A model generated the notes under the pieces. That model ran no database searches, was not told the DNA's origin, and saw only the letters and a list, made by a program, of their open reading frames with translations. Position numbers and translations under genes: made by a program. A DNA stretch of 64,000 bases from Myxococcota bacterium (lineage in GTDB: Bacteria; Myxococcota_A; UBA9160; UBA6930): contig OZ245002.1 of the NCBI GenBank assembly GCA_965223415.1, forward strand, positions 3,104,001 to 3,168,000, read 5' to 3'. Shown in pieces: positions 8,578-18,494 of this stretch (its first letter is position 1; every line of letters begins with the position of its first letter).

Positions 8578-10971
8578 CTAGAGGATCTTGAACTCCGCGG
8601 GCGGATCCTCGATCACCCCTTCCTCGATCAGCGCTTCGATCTCGGCGTCGGTCAGGCCGAGCAGCTCACGGGCGATGTCCCGGGTGTGCTCGCCCAGGAG
8701 CGGGGCCGGCTCGGTGACGACCTCCGGGAGGTCGCTACCCAGGAAGGGCGGGCCTTCGAGCATCAGCGATTCGTAGTCCGGCTGCACCACGAGCTTCGGG
8801 TAGCCCCGGTGCAGGAGCTGCGGGTCCGACATGTGGTGGATGGGGTGCGCGACGATGCCCGCCGGCACGCCCGCCTCCTGGAGCGTCTCCATCACGTTGC
8901 GGGGATCGCGGGCGCGGGTCCAGGCCGAGAGCTCTTCGTCGATGCGTTCGCGCCGTTCGATGCGTCCCTCGGCGGTATCGAGGGACGGGTCGGCCGCCCA
9001 CTCCGGATCGCCGATCGCCTTCCTGAGCTGCTGCCACTCCGCGTCCGAGCGCACGTTCACGACGCACCACTCGTCGTCGCCCTCGCAGGGCAGCACGCTC
9101 CAGGGCGCGCCGCGGGAGCTCGCGTTGCCCGCGGGGCGCACGCTTCCGGGCTCCAGGCTCTCCTGGGCCAGCAGGTCCGCCATCAGGCCGATCGGCGTCT
9201 CGAACTGGGCCGCGTCGTGGTGGGAGCCGTGGCCGCTGCGCTCCCGATGGATCAGGCCGGCCAGCGCGGCCAGGGCGCCGATGCGGCCCACCAGGTGGTC
9301 CGGGTGCACCGCCGTCGAGCCGGCCGGCCGTTCCTCGTCCTCCGGATAGTTCCAGAGGTGCTGGAGGCCGCTCACCGGGTGGGTGTTGGGCCCGTAGCCG
9401 ATCCAGTCCTTCCACGGCCCGTAGCTCCCGACGCTCTGGCTGGAGAAGCTCACGATGCGCGGGTTCAGCTCGCGCAGCTGCTCCGGTCCGAGGCCGAGCT
9501 TCTCCATCGTTCCGGTGCCGTTGTTCTCGATGAAGACGTCCGCGTCCCGGACGAGCTGGTGGACGAGGGCCCGTCCCTTCCCGGTGCGCAGGTCGACGCC
9601 GAAGGATCGCTTCGAGCGGCTCGACGAGAGGAAGGACGGGTTCATGTAGCTGCTCATGATCACGCGGATGAAGTCCGGCGCGTCGCTGGACTCGATCTTG
9701 ATCACGTCGGCGCCGTAGTCCGCGAAGAAGCGGCCGCACTCGACCCCGACGGCGCCGACGCCACAGTCGATCACGCGCAGGCCGCGCAGGGGCGGGTCGA
9801 CTTCCGGCGGATTCGGCTCCCGGGAGAGCAAGGCCTCGAGGCCCGCCCGGTCGTCGCAGGGCGCAAAGCCGCCGTCACCCAGCTCGCCGAGCTCCGGGGG
9901 GCCGCCCTCGGGCCCTGCCCGCTCGCCGTCGATGGTGAGGAAGCCGGAGGCCACCTGGGCCTCGGTCCCGGGCGCCACCGGGAGGGTCCGGAACGTGCCG
10001 CGACCCGCCGTGTGCGTATTCTCCAGTACCTCGCCGGGCCGCAGCAGCGGCGTCGCGGGGATGCCGCGGCGCTGGGCTTCTTCCGCGACCCAGGTCTTCT
10101 TCTTGTCCGCGAAGAATCCCTCCAGCACGCCGACGATCTTGTCCATCTCCATCAGCCGGTTGACGAACTGGTCGTACTTCGGGTCGGCGATCTCCTCCGG
10201 GTTGCCCACCCATTCCTTCAGTGCGCGCCAGTGCTTCGGCACGAGGATGATCATGCGGATGAAGCCGTCCGCACAGCGATAGAGCGTGTAGATTCCGGTG
10301 CCGTTGCGGTGGCCGAGATCCGGGTTGAGGGAGTAGTTCGGCAGCGACCAGTCGGTGAGCGCAGCGGTGGCGTCCATGGCGGAGACGTCCACGTGCTGGC
10401 CCGCGCCCGCGTGGAGCCGCTTCCAGAAGGCCAGCAGGCTGCCCAGAGCGCCGGCGATGCCGGCCACGTCGTAGGCCAGGGAGCCCGGGATCATCACCGG
10501 CGGCTTGTCGATGATGCCCGCCCGGTGGAGCATGCCGCCCATGGCGACGCCCACCATGTTGGTCCCCTGGTAGGCCGCGTAGGGGCCGTCCTGCCCGAAG
10601 TCGGTGATCGAGGTGACCACCAGGCCCGGGTGCCGGGCGCGGAGGCTCTCCGCGTCGAGCCCGAGCCGCGCGAGGGTGCCGGGCTGGGTGGACTCCACGA
10701 ACACGTCCGCGCTCTCGAGCAGCTCGTGCAGACGCTCCCGGCCCGCCTCGGTCTCCAGGTTCACCACGCCACCGCGCTTGCCGGCGTTGCGCACCGCGAA
10801 GTAGAGGCTCGCCGCACCGTCCGGTGTAAAGGGCGGCAGCGTGCGGGACAGGGCGCCCTCCGGCGGCTCCAGGCGGATCACCTCGGCCCCCAGATCCGCG
10901 AGCAATCGCCCGCATAGCTCCCCTTTCTCGTCCGCCAGATCGACGACGCGCAGACCCTTGAGCGGCTTCAT
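8578..10971 (-). CDS. Family III (CaiB/BaiF) CoA-transferase, two fused domains
   Basis: PLKGLRVVDL...LADLGAEVIRLEPP and second PLRGLRVID...FADYGADVIKIES; APLLGEHT end. Confidence 0.92.
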   Translation of the reverse strand: MKPLKGLRVVDLADEKGELCGRLLADLGAEVIRLEPPEGALSRTLPPFTPDGAASLYFAVRNAGKRGGVVNLETEAGRERLHELLESADVFVESTQPGTLARLGLDAESLRARHPGLVVTSITDFGQDGPYAAYQGTNMVGVAMGGMLHRAGIIDKPPVMIPGSLAYDVAGIAGALGSLLAFWKRLHAGAGQHVDVSAMDATAALTDWSLPNYSLNPDLGHRNGTGIYTLYRCADGFIRMIILVPKHWRALKEWVGNPEEIADPKYDQFVNRLMEMDKIVGVLEGFFADKKKTWVAEEAQRRGIPATPLLRPGEVLENTHTAGRGTFRTLPVAPGTEAQVASGFLTIDGERAGPEGGPPELGELGDGGFAPCDDRAGLEALLSREPNPPEVDPPLRGLRVIDCGVGAVGVECGRFFADYGADVIKIESSDAPDFIRVIMSSYMNPSFLSSSRSKRSFGVDLRTGKGRALVHQLVRDADVFIENNGTGTMEKLGLGPEQLRELNPRIVSFSSQSVGSYGPWKDWIGYGPNTHPVSGLQHLWNYPEDEERPAGSTAVHPDHLVGRIGALAALAGLIHRERSGHGSHHDAAQFETPIGLMADLLAQESLEPGSVRPAGNASSRGAPWSVLPCEGDDEWCVVNVRSDAEWQQLRKAIGDPEWAADPSLDTAEGRIERRERIDEELSAWTRARDPRNVMETLQEAGVPAGIVAHPIHHMSDPQLLHRGYPKLVVQPDYESLMLEGPPFLGSDLPEVVTEPAPLLGEHTRDIARELLGLTDAEIEALIEEGVIEDPPAEFKIL

Positions 10972-11051
10972 CGATGGTCTCCTCCCTCGTGGACTCGTGG
11001 AACCGGAGGAGTGTGCGGGACCTCCCGGAGGTGCGCCAATCCGCTCCGGTC

Positions 11052-11441
11052 TCAGTGGAAGGCGTGCGCCTCGCCCAGGGAGAAGGGGGCGATGGTCGCC
11101 TGGAAGGCGGCGCCGTCCTCGGTGACCATCCGGTAGCTCCCCTGCATGCTCCCGACCGGCGTGGGCAGGGGACAGGCCGACGTGTATTCGAAGGAGCCAC
11201 CTGGGTCCAGGACCGGCTGCTCGCCGACCACGCCGGCGCCCTTCACCTCCTGCACCTCTCCGTCGCCGTCGGTGATGATCCAGTGGCGGCTGACAAGCTG
11301 GGCGGTCTCGTCACCCTCGTTCGTGATGGCGACCTGGTAGGCGAAGAACCACTGGCCCTCCTCCGGCGCCGACCGCTCGGGCACGAAGAAGGACCGCACG
11401 CGGACGCGGATGCCGCGGGTGAGGGTTTCGGACTCGAACAA
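11052..11441 (-). CDS. apaG: ApaG protein
   Basis: FAYQVAITN, QLVSRHWIITDG, GVVGEQP, FEYTSACPL.TP.GSMQG. Confidence 0.96.
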   Translation of the reverse strand: MFESETLTRGIRVRVRSFFVPERSAPEEGQWFFAYQVAITNEGDETAQLVSRHWIITDGDGEVQEVKGAGVVGEQPVLDPGGSFEYTSACPLPTPVGSMQGSYRMVTEDGAAFQATIAPFSLGEAHAFH

Positions 11442-11446
11442 TGGGC

Positions 11447-12784
11447 TCAGTCCCGGATCCAGCTCCCGTGGAAGCCGTGGGGCACGCGCCGCGGCAGGTG
11501 GACCCGGGCTACCGGCTCCGCCGACGGGTTCGCGGCGTCGAGGATGACCAGGTCGCTCGAGTTCGTGGCCTTGTCGTACACGTAGCCCATGGCCCAGCCG
11601 TCGTCCTCGGCGGCGTCCTCACTGCGCTCGGCGAACACGAACTCGCCGGCCTGGGCGGTAGGCCCGAAGTCGTGGCTCTCGGTGGAGCCCTTCTCCAGGT
11701 CGTAGCGGGTGATGAGGCTGGGGGAATCGAAGGTCTCGTCGCTGCCGGGCCGGGAGCCGACCACCCAGCCGTAGCGGTGCTTCAGGCCGACGACGCGGTC
11801 GTCGACGCGGGGGAAGCCGTGCTGCACGTCGTCGAGGGTCTGCTCGGTGACCGCGCCAGAGGCGAGGTCGAAGGTCCACCGGTACATGAAGGAGGGCGCG
11901 AAGTCGTCCATCGAATCGCGCCACATGTACTCGTGGTGGCCGACGTCGCACACGACCTTGTCGCCGTCGACGTAGGCGTTCAGCGGGTGGAACACATAGC
12001 AGGGCTCCACCTCGAACCAGCGGATGTCGGCGTCGGTTCCGAAGCGCGGCAGGATGCCGATGCGCGCCCCGTAGCTCTCGTCCCAGCCGATCGGCACCTC
12101 GCCCTTGAGCGCCTTCTCCAGGTCGAAGGTCACCGGGAGGTCCATGAAGATGGCGTGATCCCGGGTGATCATGAAGTCGTGCATCATGGTCGGGCCGGGC
12201 ACCGTGATCTCGGCCGAGTGCACGAGCTCGCCCTTCGCGTCGAGCACGTGGTAGACGAGGTAGGGCGGAAGCTGGCCGTAGCCGAAGAAGTGCAGCTCGT
12301 TCGTCTCCGGGCACAGCTTCGGATGGGCGGTGAAGGCGCTCGTCAGCTTGCCGCCGTAGTCGAGCCAGCCCCTGGTCTCGAGCTCCCCGCTGATCTCGTA
12401 GGGGAAGTGGCCCTCCTCCAGGCAGAGGATCTTGCCGGCGTGGCCGATGACGTGGGTGTTGGCGGCGCTGGCGGTGCGGTCGGTCATTACCGCCGGGTCC
12501 ATGGCGCCGAGCCCGCTCTCGAGCTTCTTCGTCTTCACCCAGCGGTTGCGGTACCAGGCGGCGCGGCCGTCTTCGAGGCGCACACCGTGCACCATGCCGT
12601 CGCCGAAGAACCAGTGGTCGCCCTTGCCGTCCTTGGGGTTGGGCGTGTTGCGCACGTAGAGCCCGCGCAGCTCCTCCGGGATGGATCCGGTCACCCGGAG
12701 CTCCGTATCCGTGAGCTCGTCCATGACCGGGGCGTAGTTGCCGCGCAGGAACCAGGGGGTTTCTTCGCTGGGGCTGGCGCTCAT
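11447..12784 (-). CDS. Carotenoid oxygenase / lignostilbene dioxygenase family protein
   Basis: GNYAPV, HWFFGDGMVH, TAHPK, MMHDF, VFHPLNAY, RVPHGFHGSW (four Fe-binding His); start ATG 12784. Confidence 0.93.
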   Translation of the reverse strand: MSASPSEETPWFLRGNYAPVMDELTDTELRVTGSIPEELRGLYVRNTPNPKDGKGDHWFFGDGMVHGVRLEDGRAAWYRNRWVKTKKLESGLGAMDPAVMTDRTASAANTHVIGHAGKILCLEEGHFPYEISGELETRGWLDYGGKLTSAFTAHPKLCPETNELHFFGYGQLPPYLVYHVLDAKGELVHSAEITVPGPTMMHDFMITRDHAIFMDLPVTFDLEKALKGEVPIGWDESYGARIGILPRFGTDADIRWFEVEPCYVFHPLNAYVDGDKVVCDVGHHEYMWRDSMDDFAPSFMYRWTFDLASGAVTEQTLDDVQHGFPRVDDRVVGLKHRYGWVVGSRPGSDETFDSPSLITRYDLEKGSTESHDFGPTAQAGEFVFAERSEDAAEDDGWAMGYVYDKATNSSDLVILDAANPSAEPVARVHLPRRVPHGFHGSWIRD

Positions 12785-12824
12785 CGGGGTCCTCCTCTCG
12801 CGTCGGGTCCCGGCAGCATACCCC

Positions 12825-13045
12825 GTCAGTGGATCTCGGGGCGGCGGCGCAGGTGATCCTTCATCCAGTCGACGAAGGCCCGCAGGCGCCGGGTAGACGA
12901 GCTGGACCGGGATGGCCGGGACCTCGAAGGCCTCGAGCACGATCCGCAGGCGGCCCGCGCGCACTTCGGGCTCGACCAGGCAGGAGAGAAGCTGGGCGAA
13001 GCCCAGGCCCGCCGCGCAGGCCTCGACGCAGGCCGAAGCCAGCGA
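12825..13045 (-). pseudogene. Remnant of a LysR-family regulator (C-terminal substrate-binding fragment, frameshifted)
   Basis: ACAAGLGFAQLLSCLVEPEVRAGRLRIVLEAFEVPAIPVQLVYP, then LRAFVDWMKDHL in another frame; no HTH or start. Boundaries approximate. Confidence 0.65.
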
Positions 13046-13063
13046 GAGCTTCGGTCCGCTCGC

Positions 13064-14479
13064 CTAGCCCTCGACCCCGCCCAGTTCGCGCATCGAGGCC
13101 TCGTAGGAGACGCGATCGATGCGGTAGGAGGTGTAGGCCCAGATGCCTGCCGCGGCGACCGGTGCGGCCGCCAGGCTGAGCAGGCCGAGGCGCAGGATCA
13201 GCCCGCTCGCGATCTCGCCCGGTTCCGATTGGAGCGGGAAGGCGATCAGGCTGATGCCCACGCCCGCCATCAGGTGCCCGCCGGCGGAGCCCAGCTTGCC
13301 GGAGAAGGCGACGGCGGCGAAGAGGATGCCCTGCTGGTTCCGGCCCGTTCGCAGGAACTGGTCCTGGGCGACGTCCGCCATCATCGAGCCGGCCGACGTG
13401 TAGCCGATGCCCGCCGCGATGCCGACGCCGAAGAGCAGCGCGAAGATGATCTGGAAGAGCAGCGCGGACCCGTTGGGAGGCATCCATCCGGCCATGCGCG
13501 CGAGCACGCCCAGATGGCCCAGCACCCCGGACACGATGCAGGCCGCGATCAGCGTCGGCTTCTTGTCGAAGCGGCGGTGGAGCACGCCGCAGGCCGCTAC
13601 GCCGATCACGAAGCCCAGGGCCGTCGGCGCGATGAGGGTGGAGATCTGGCCCGTGCCGAAGCCCCAGTAGAAGACGTTGAGGTGGGTGCTCAGGGTGGTG
13701 CCGATCGAGATCGAGATCGCGAAGAGGGAGAAGCCCACGAAGAGCGATCGGAAGGAGGGGTTCTGCCAGGCCAGCCGGAACTCGGCGTAGGTCGCAGCCA
13801 GGGAGAACGGCTCCGGCTCGTCCGGCGGCCCCGGTAGCCGCGGGATCTCCTTGCGGGTGCCCCAGGCCGAGTACCAGATCGTGAAGAACATGAGGAAGGC
13901 GCTGAAAGCCGCGAACGCGGGATAGCCGGCGGGATCGAGGAGGCCGTTGTCGTGCTCGGCCGTCGGCGGGAAGAAGTACCAGATGCCGAAGCCGATCACG
14001 CCGAGCCCACCGACCATGCCGGAGAAGGTTCGCCACTGGACCACCGAGGTACGCTCGGCGTAGTCGTCGCTCAGCTCGGCGCCGAGGGCCATGTGGGGCA
14101 CGTGGTAGAGGGTCATCGAGCTGCGCACGAGCACGGCGAAGGCCAGGAACCACGCGAAGAGGCCGATCTGGCCCAGGCCTTCCGGCGGGAAGAAGAGCAG
14201 GTACCAGAAGAGGCCGAGGGGCAGGGCCGCGGCGTACATGAAGGGGTGTCGGCGGCCACGCCGGGAGCGCCAGTTGTCGGAGAGGTGGCCCGCGACGGGA
14301 TCGGTCACCGCGTCGAAGACCAGCGCGATGGCGACCGCCGCTCCGGCGAGGGCCCCCGTGAGCCCGAGTACCTGGGTGAAGTAGAAGAACGCGATGTAGT
14401 CGAAGCCGCGGGACTTGATGCCCTCGCCGATCTGGCCGAGGCCGTAGGCGAACTTCGTGGTGAGGGGGAGGCGGTGCAA
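13064..14479 (-). CDS. MFS transporter, GPH (MelB-like) family
   Basis: KFAYGLG, DAVTDPVAGHLSD...GRRHPF, ALGAELSDDYAERT; many hydrophobic segments. Confidence 0.9.
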   Translation of the reverse strand: MHRLPLTTKFAYGLGQIGEGIKSRGFDYIAFFYFTQVLGLTGALAGAAVAIALVFDAVTDPVAGHLSDNWRSRRGRRHPFMYAAALPLGLFWYLLFFPPEGLGQIGLFAWFLAFAVLVRSSMTLYHVPHMALGAELSDDYAERTSVVQWRTFSGMVGGLGVIGFGIWYFFPPTAEHDNGLLDPAGYPAFAAFSAFLMFFTIWYSAWGTRKEIPRLPGPPDEPEPFSLAATYAEFRLAWQNPSFRSLFVGFSLFAISISIGTTLSTHLNVFYWGFGTGQISTLIAPTALGFVIGVAACGVLHRRFDKKPTLIAACIVSGVLGHLGVLARMAGWMPPNGSALLFQIIFALLFGVGIAAGIGYTSAGSMMADVAQDQFLRTGRNQQGILFAAVAFSGKLGSAGGHLMAGVGISLIAFPLQSEPGEIASGLILRLGLLSLAAAPVAAAGIWAYTSYRIDRVSYEASMRELGGVEG

Positions 14480-14526
14480 GGGGAAGGAGAGGGTATCCGA
14501 TCCGCCCGCTACATTGCCGACCCGTC

Positions 14527-16134
14527 ATGACGATACGCCAGGCCAACATCTCGAAGCTCGCCGAGCGCAGCTACGACGTGCTGATCGTCGGCGGCGGGAT
14601 CAACGGCGCGGTGTGCGCCTCGGCCCTCACCACCATGGGCGCCCGGGTGGCGCTGATCGACCGCGGGGATTTCGCCGGCTCGACCAGTCAGGAGTCCTCG
14701 AACCTGGTCTGGGGCGGGATCAAGTACCTGGAGACCGCCGAGCTCGGGCTCGTGTGGAAGCTGTGCCTCTCGAGGAACAAGCTGATCCGGACCTACCCTT
14801 CCACCGTGAAGGAGGTGCGTTTCTTCACCAGCCTGGAGGCCGGCTTCCGGCGCAGCCGGCTCACCCTGTATCTCGGCGCGCTCCTCTACTGGCTGCTCGG
14901 GAGCTTCTTCACCCGTGGGCCGCGGCTGCTCAGCAACGCCCAGATCCGCGCCGAGGAGCCCGCCATCGACACCTCCCACACGGTCGGTGGCTTCGAGTAT
15001 TCCGACGCCTACCTGGTCGACAACGACGCGCGTTTCGTGTTCAACTTCGTGCGCGCCGCGATCGACCACGGGGGCATCGTCGCGAACTACGTGGAATCCC
15101 TGGGCTCGACCCGCGGCGAGGACGGCCACTGGCACACCCGGGTGCGGGATCTCACCGGCGGGCGCGAGCTCTCGGTGCGCTCGCGGGTGCTGGTGAACGC
15201 ATGCGGCCCCCAGGTGGACGAGCACAACCAGAAGAGCGACCAACGCACGAGCCATCGGCACCTGTTCTCGAAGGGCGTCCACCTGATGGTCGATCGCATC
15301 GCATCGGTCACGCGGGTGCTGACCTTCTTTGCTGACGACGGACGGCTCTTCTTCGTCCTGCCGATGGGGCCCAAGTCGTGTCTCGGTACGACGGACACCC
15401 GGGTCGAGGAGCTTCCCGCGAAGGTCACCGAAGACGACCGGGGCTTCATCCTCGAGAACGTGAACAAGCGCCTCGCGCTGGAGCGGCCGCTGACGACCGA
15501 CGACATCATCGCCGAGCGTTGCGGGGTTCGGCCGCTGGTGGTCGAGAGCGGCGGGCGGGATCGGGACGCCGGCGACTGGACCTCTCTCTCCCGGAAGCAC
15601 GCGATCGAGGTCGATCGCCTGAACCGTCACATCTCGATCTTCGGCGGCAAGCTCACCGATTGCCTGAACGTCGGTGAGGAGGTGGCCGAGTGGGTGAGCG
15701 AACTGGGTGTGACGCTTCCCTATCGGGGCATGCGCTGGTATGGTGAGCCGCCGGACGAAGTGCGCGACGAGTACTTCCACCAGGCGGTCCTGATGGGTCT
15801 CGATGCGATGACCGCGCCCGAGTCGTCAGAGCTCCTCAGCACCCGCCTCTGGCGCCGCTACGGCGCGAGCGCGCTCCGGCTGCTGGAGGACATCCGCCAG
15901 GAGCCCCACATGGCGGAGGTGCTGATCAAGGGCACCGAGTACATCCGCGCCGAGATCCACCACGCCGCTCGCCGTGAGATGGTCGTCAAGCTCGAGGATT
16001 TCCTGCGCCGCCGCAGCAAGATCGCCCTGATCGAGCGCACCGACACGATCCGCGAGGCCCCCGGCCTGGCCGAAGCCTGCCGCATCCTCTTCGGCCACGA
16101 CGCCGAAGCTCGCATGCAGGAGTACTTCGATTGA
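14527..16134 (+). CDS. glpD: FAD-dependent glycerol-3-phosphate dehydrogenase/oxidase
   Basis: DVLIVGGGING, GSTSQESSNLVWGGIKYLE, SKGVHL, GTTD, GGKLT, EDFLRRRS. Confidence 0.85.
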   Translation: MTIRQANISKLAERSYDVLIVGGGINGAVCASALTTMGARVALIDRGDFAGSTSQESSNLVWGGIKYLETAELGLVWKLCLSRNKLIRTYPSTVKEVRFFTSLEAGFRRSRLTLYLGALLYWLLGSFFTRGPRLLSNAQIRAEEPAIDTSHTVGGFEYSDAYLVDNDARFVFNFVRAAIDHGGIVANYVESLGSTRGEDGHWHTRVRDLTGGRELSVRSRVLVNACGPQVDEHNQKSDQRTSHRHLFSKGVHLMVDRIASVTRVLTFFADDGRLFFVLPMGPKSCLGTTDTRVEELPAKVTEDDRGFILENVNKRLALERPLTTDDIIAERCGVRPLVVESGGRDRDAGDWTSLSRKHAIEVDRLNRHISIFGGKLTDCLNVGEEVAEWVSELGVTLPYRGMRWYGEPPDEVRDEYFHQAVLMGLDAMTAPESSELLSTRLWRRYGASALRLLEDIRQEPHMAEVLIKGTEYIRAEIHHAARREMVVKLEDFLRRRSKIALIERTDTIREAPGLAEACRILFGHDAEARMQEYFD

Positions 16135-16135
16135 G

Positions 16136-16160
16136 AAACGGGGCCTCTGGCCCCGCTTCT
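16136..16160. terminator. Short hairpin between convergent genes
   Basis: CGGGGCC-TCT-GGCCCCG stem directly between two stop codons. Confidence 0.45.
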
Positions 16161-17219
16161 TCACTCCAGCAGCTCGGCGATGGCGATGCCGCTCTCGCCG
16201 GCGACGGCGTAGAGGAGGTAGGTGCGGCCGTCCTCCTCGAAGATGGCCGGGTCGCGGAGCTGGTTCACGTGGCCGTAGGCGGTGCTTCGCATCGAGGGCG
16301 CGAGGGGAGCGTCCGCGCCCTCCCACGGTCGCTCGGGGCGGAGGACTTCCACGGGCTCGCTCTCGGTCCACGTCTCCCAGGGGCCGAAGAGGTCGATCGT
16401 CGAGCGCAGGATGCGCTCCGGGACGTCGCCGACCCGCGTCCAGAAGACGTGCAGGGTGTCGCCCCGGCGCAGCAGCGCTGCGTGGCGCATCTCGGGCTCG
16501 AAGAGCAGCGGACCCTCCTCGAAGCCGCTGAGGCCGTCTCTCGATCGGTAGAGCTGACCGGGCATCGCGAGGCCGTAGGTCATGCCGTCGTGGGCGAAGG
16601 CGCGCAGGTAGGTCTTGCCGAGGATCTCCGGCCGGGCCTCGAAGTGGATCCCGTCCGGCCCGGTGGCCACCCGGGTCACCTGCCGCGCGAAGGCCTCGAG
16701 GCCATGGAAGTACATGACGATGCGTCGGTTCGCGTCGTCCACGTGCACGTCTGGCGACGCGATGTGCGGCGTCGTCAGCTCCTGCTCGAGATCGTGGGGG
16801 AGCTTCACGCCCGAGGCCTCGAGGAGGCCGCGCATCTTCGGCATGGCGCCGGCGGGCACCTCCGGCGGCCGGACGGCGAAGTGGGAGTCCTCGAGCCGAA
16901 GGCTGCCGGGGACGTGGACGCGCCATGGGCCGGTGAGCGCATCCGCGTAGGCCAGGCGGATGTAGCGGCCCTTGTGATCGGCGAAGTAGAGGTAGTAGCG
17001 GCCGAGGGGGGACGGCACCCAGTCCGGCACGCGGATCAGCGATGGGCCCTGGATGTTCGGTCCGATGCTCGGATGCGTCTTCTCCGTGACGATGGGCGCA
17101 TCCAGCAGCCGTTCGACCTTCACGACCGTGCCTCCAGGAGGGGCGGGCTGCACGCGATAGGCGCAGGCGCCCAGGACCAGGAGCCAGGCGACCCAGATCT
17201 TCCGGCGACGCCCCCGCAT
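16161..17219 (-). CDS. Putative lipoprotein with glycoside-hydrolase-like beta-propeller
   Basis: Lipobox-like LGAC; GPSLIRVPDW, RYYLYFADH, HIASPDV, NQLRDPAIF. Confidence 0.65.
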   Translation of the reverse strand: MRGRRRKIWVAWLLVLGACAYRVQPAPPGGTVVKVERLLDAPIVTEKTHPSIGPNIQGPSLIRVPDWVPSPLGRYYLYFADHKGRYIRLAYADALTGPWRVHVPGSLRLEDSHFAVRPPEVPAGAMPKMRGLLEASGVKLPHDLEQELTTPHIASPDVHVDDANRRIVMYFHGLEAFARQVTRVATGPDGIHFEARPEILGKTYLRAFAHDGMTYGLAMPGQLYRSRDGLSGFEEGPLLFEPEMRHAALLRRGDTLHVFWTRVGDVPERILRSTIDLFGPWETWTESEPVEVLRPERPWEGADAPLAPSMRSTAYGHVNQLRDPAIFEEDGRTYLLYAVAGESGIAIAELLE

Positions 17220-17468
17220 TCCCCATACGATAGGGGAAGCGCGACGCCCGAGGAGAAGCGCCATCGGCGGGTGGCGCATTGGCACCGCCCCCGATTCCGA
17301 GGCTGGGCCGCACCTCAGTGCGCGGGAACCGATGAGGCCGAGCAGCTGGGCATCCTGCGCCTCGATGACGAGGGGCTCTCCCGCCTTCGCCGAAGGGCGA
17401 CGCTCCCAGCCGCCCGGTGGCAACGCGGGTGTACGATCGAGGAAATCCGATACCCGAGGAGAAACGTC

Positions 17469-17927
17469 ATGCCCGTTCTCGAAGAGCTCTGCACCCTGCA
17501 TGCCAGCCTGGCCGAGCCCGTCGACGTGGGGGCCACGCCCGCGGGTCAGCGGCAGGTCTTCGACGTGACGGGAGGCCGCGTCGAGGGGCCACGGCTGAGT
17601 GGCCGGGTCCTCCCCAGCGGCGGGGACTGGCTCTTGATCGGCGCGGACGGCGTGGGCCGCCTCGACGTGCGCGCCCTCGTCGAGACGGACGAGGGTGCCC
17701 GGATCTACGTCCAGTACCACGGCGTGCTCGTGATGAACGAGGCCGTGATCTCGGCCCTCGGCCACGGCAGCGAGACCCGGTTCGGCGACACCTACTTCAT
17801 GACCGCGCCGCGCTTCGAGACCGGTCACCCGGACTACGCATGGCTCAACGCGGTGGTCGCCGTCGGCCAGGGGCGGCTGCTGCCCGGCGCGGTCGAGTAC
17901 CGGGTCTTCGAAGTCCGAAACGACTAG
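17469..17927 (+). CDS. DUF3237 family protein
   Basis: VGATPAGQR, GGRVEGPRLSGRVLPSGGDW, YFMTAPRFETG..DYAWLN; ATG 17469 after GAGGAG. Confidence 0.88.
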   Translation: MPVLEELCTLHASLAEPVDVGATPAGQRQVFDVTGGRVEGPRLSGRVLPSGGDWLLIGADGVGRLDVRALVETDEGARIYVQYHGVLVMNEAVISALGHGSETRFGDTYFMTAPRFETGHPDYAWLNAVVAVGQGRLLPGAVEYRVFEVRND

Positions 17928-17933
17928 GTCGCG

Positions 17934-18494
17934 CTAGAAGAAGAGCCCCAAGGTCGGATACGCGATGTCCGCGAGGTCCATCACGATCTCGCGGCTCGCG
18001 ATGCGCAGGCCGCCCTCGCCACGCCGCAGGACATCGCGGCGCTGGCCGGCGTACAGGTAGCTCTCGCAGCCCGGTCGGCTGTAGAAGAGGTGGAAGTTGC
18101 TCGTGACGGCGAGCTGGTCGTCGGAGACCTCGTGGATCTCGACGTTGCCGACGATCCGCCGCGTTCGCGCGGGCGGGTTCTCGGCCCAGGAGTTGGGGGC
18201 GTAGGCGCGCTGTACGCGCATCGCCAAGTAGGGGTGGCTCTCGTCGCGGACGGGAAGACCCTCGGAGTCGGGGGCCTCGAGCTCGCGCTCGACGCTGATC
18301 ATCGACTGCTGTCCACGCTCGGCGTTGTCGACGAGGGGATTCCCGCGGGCGGGCATCACATAGCGGACGTCCTCGGTGCAGAGGGCGAGCCAGGTCTGGT
18401 ACTCGCGCCCGTCGAGGAGCCGGGCCTCGCGGTAGTAGAACTGCTCCACTTCTTGCTGGAGCTCCGGAGTCACGCTGCCGGGATCGCGCGCCAT
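17934..18494 (-). CDS. Aromatic ring-hydroxylating dioxygenase beta subunit
   Basis: VEQFYYREARLLD, WAENPPARTRR, RRDVLR...IASREI. Confidence 0.92.
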   Translation of the reverse strand: MARDPGSVTPELQQEVEQFYYREARLLDGREYQTWLALCTEDVRYVMPARGNPLVDNAERGQQSMISVERELEAPDSEGLPVRDESHPYLAMRVQRAYAPNSWAENPPARTRRIVGNVEIHEVSDDQLAVTSNFHLFYSRPGCESYLYAGQRRDVLRRGEGGLRIASREIVMDLADIAYPTLGLFF

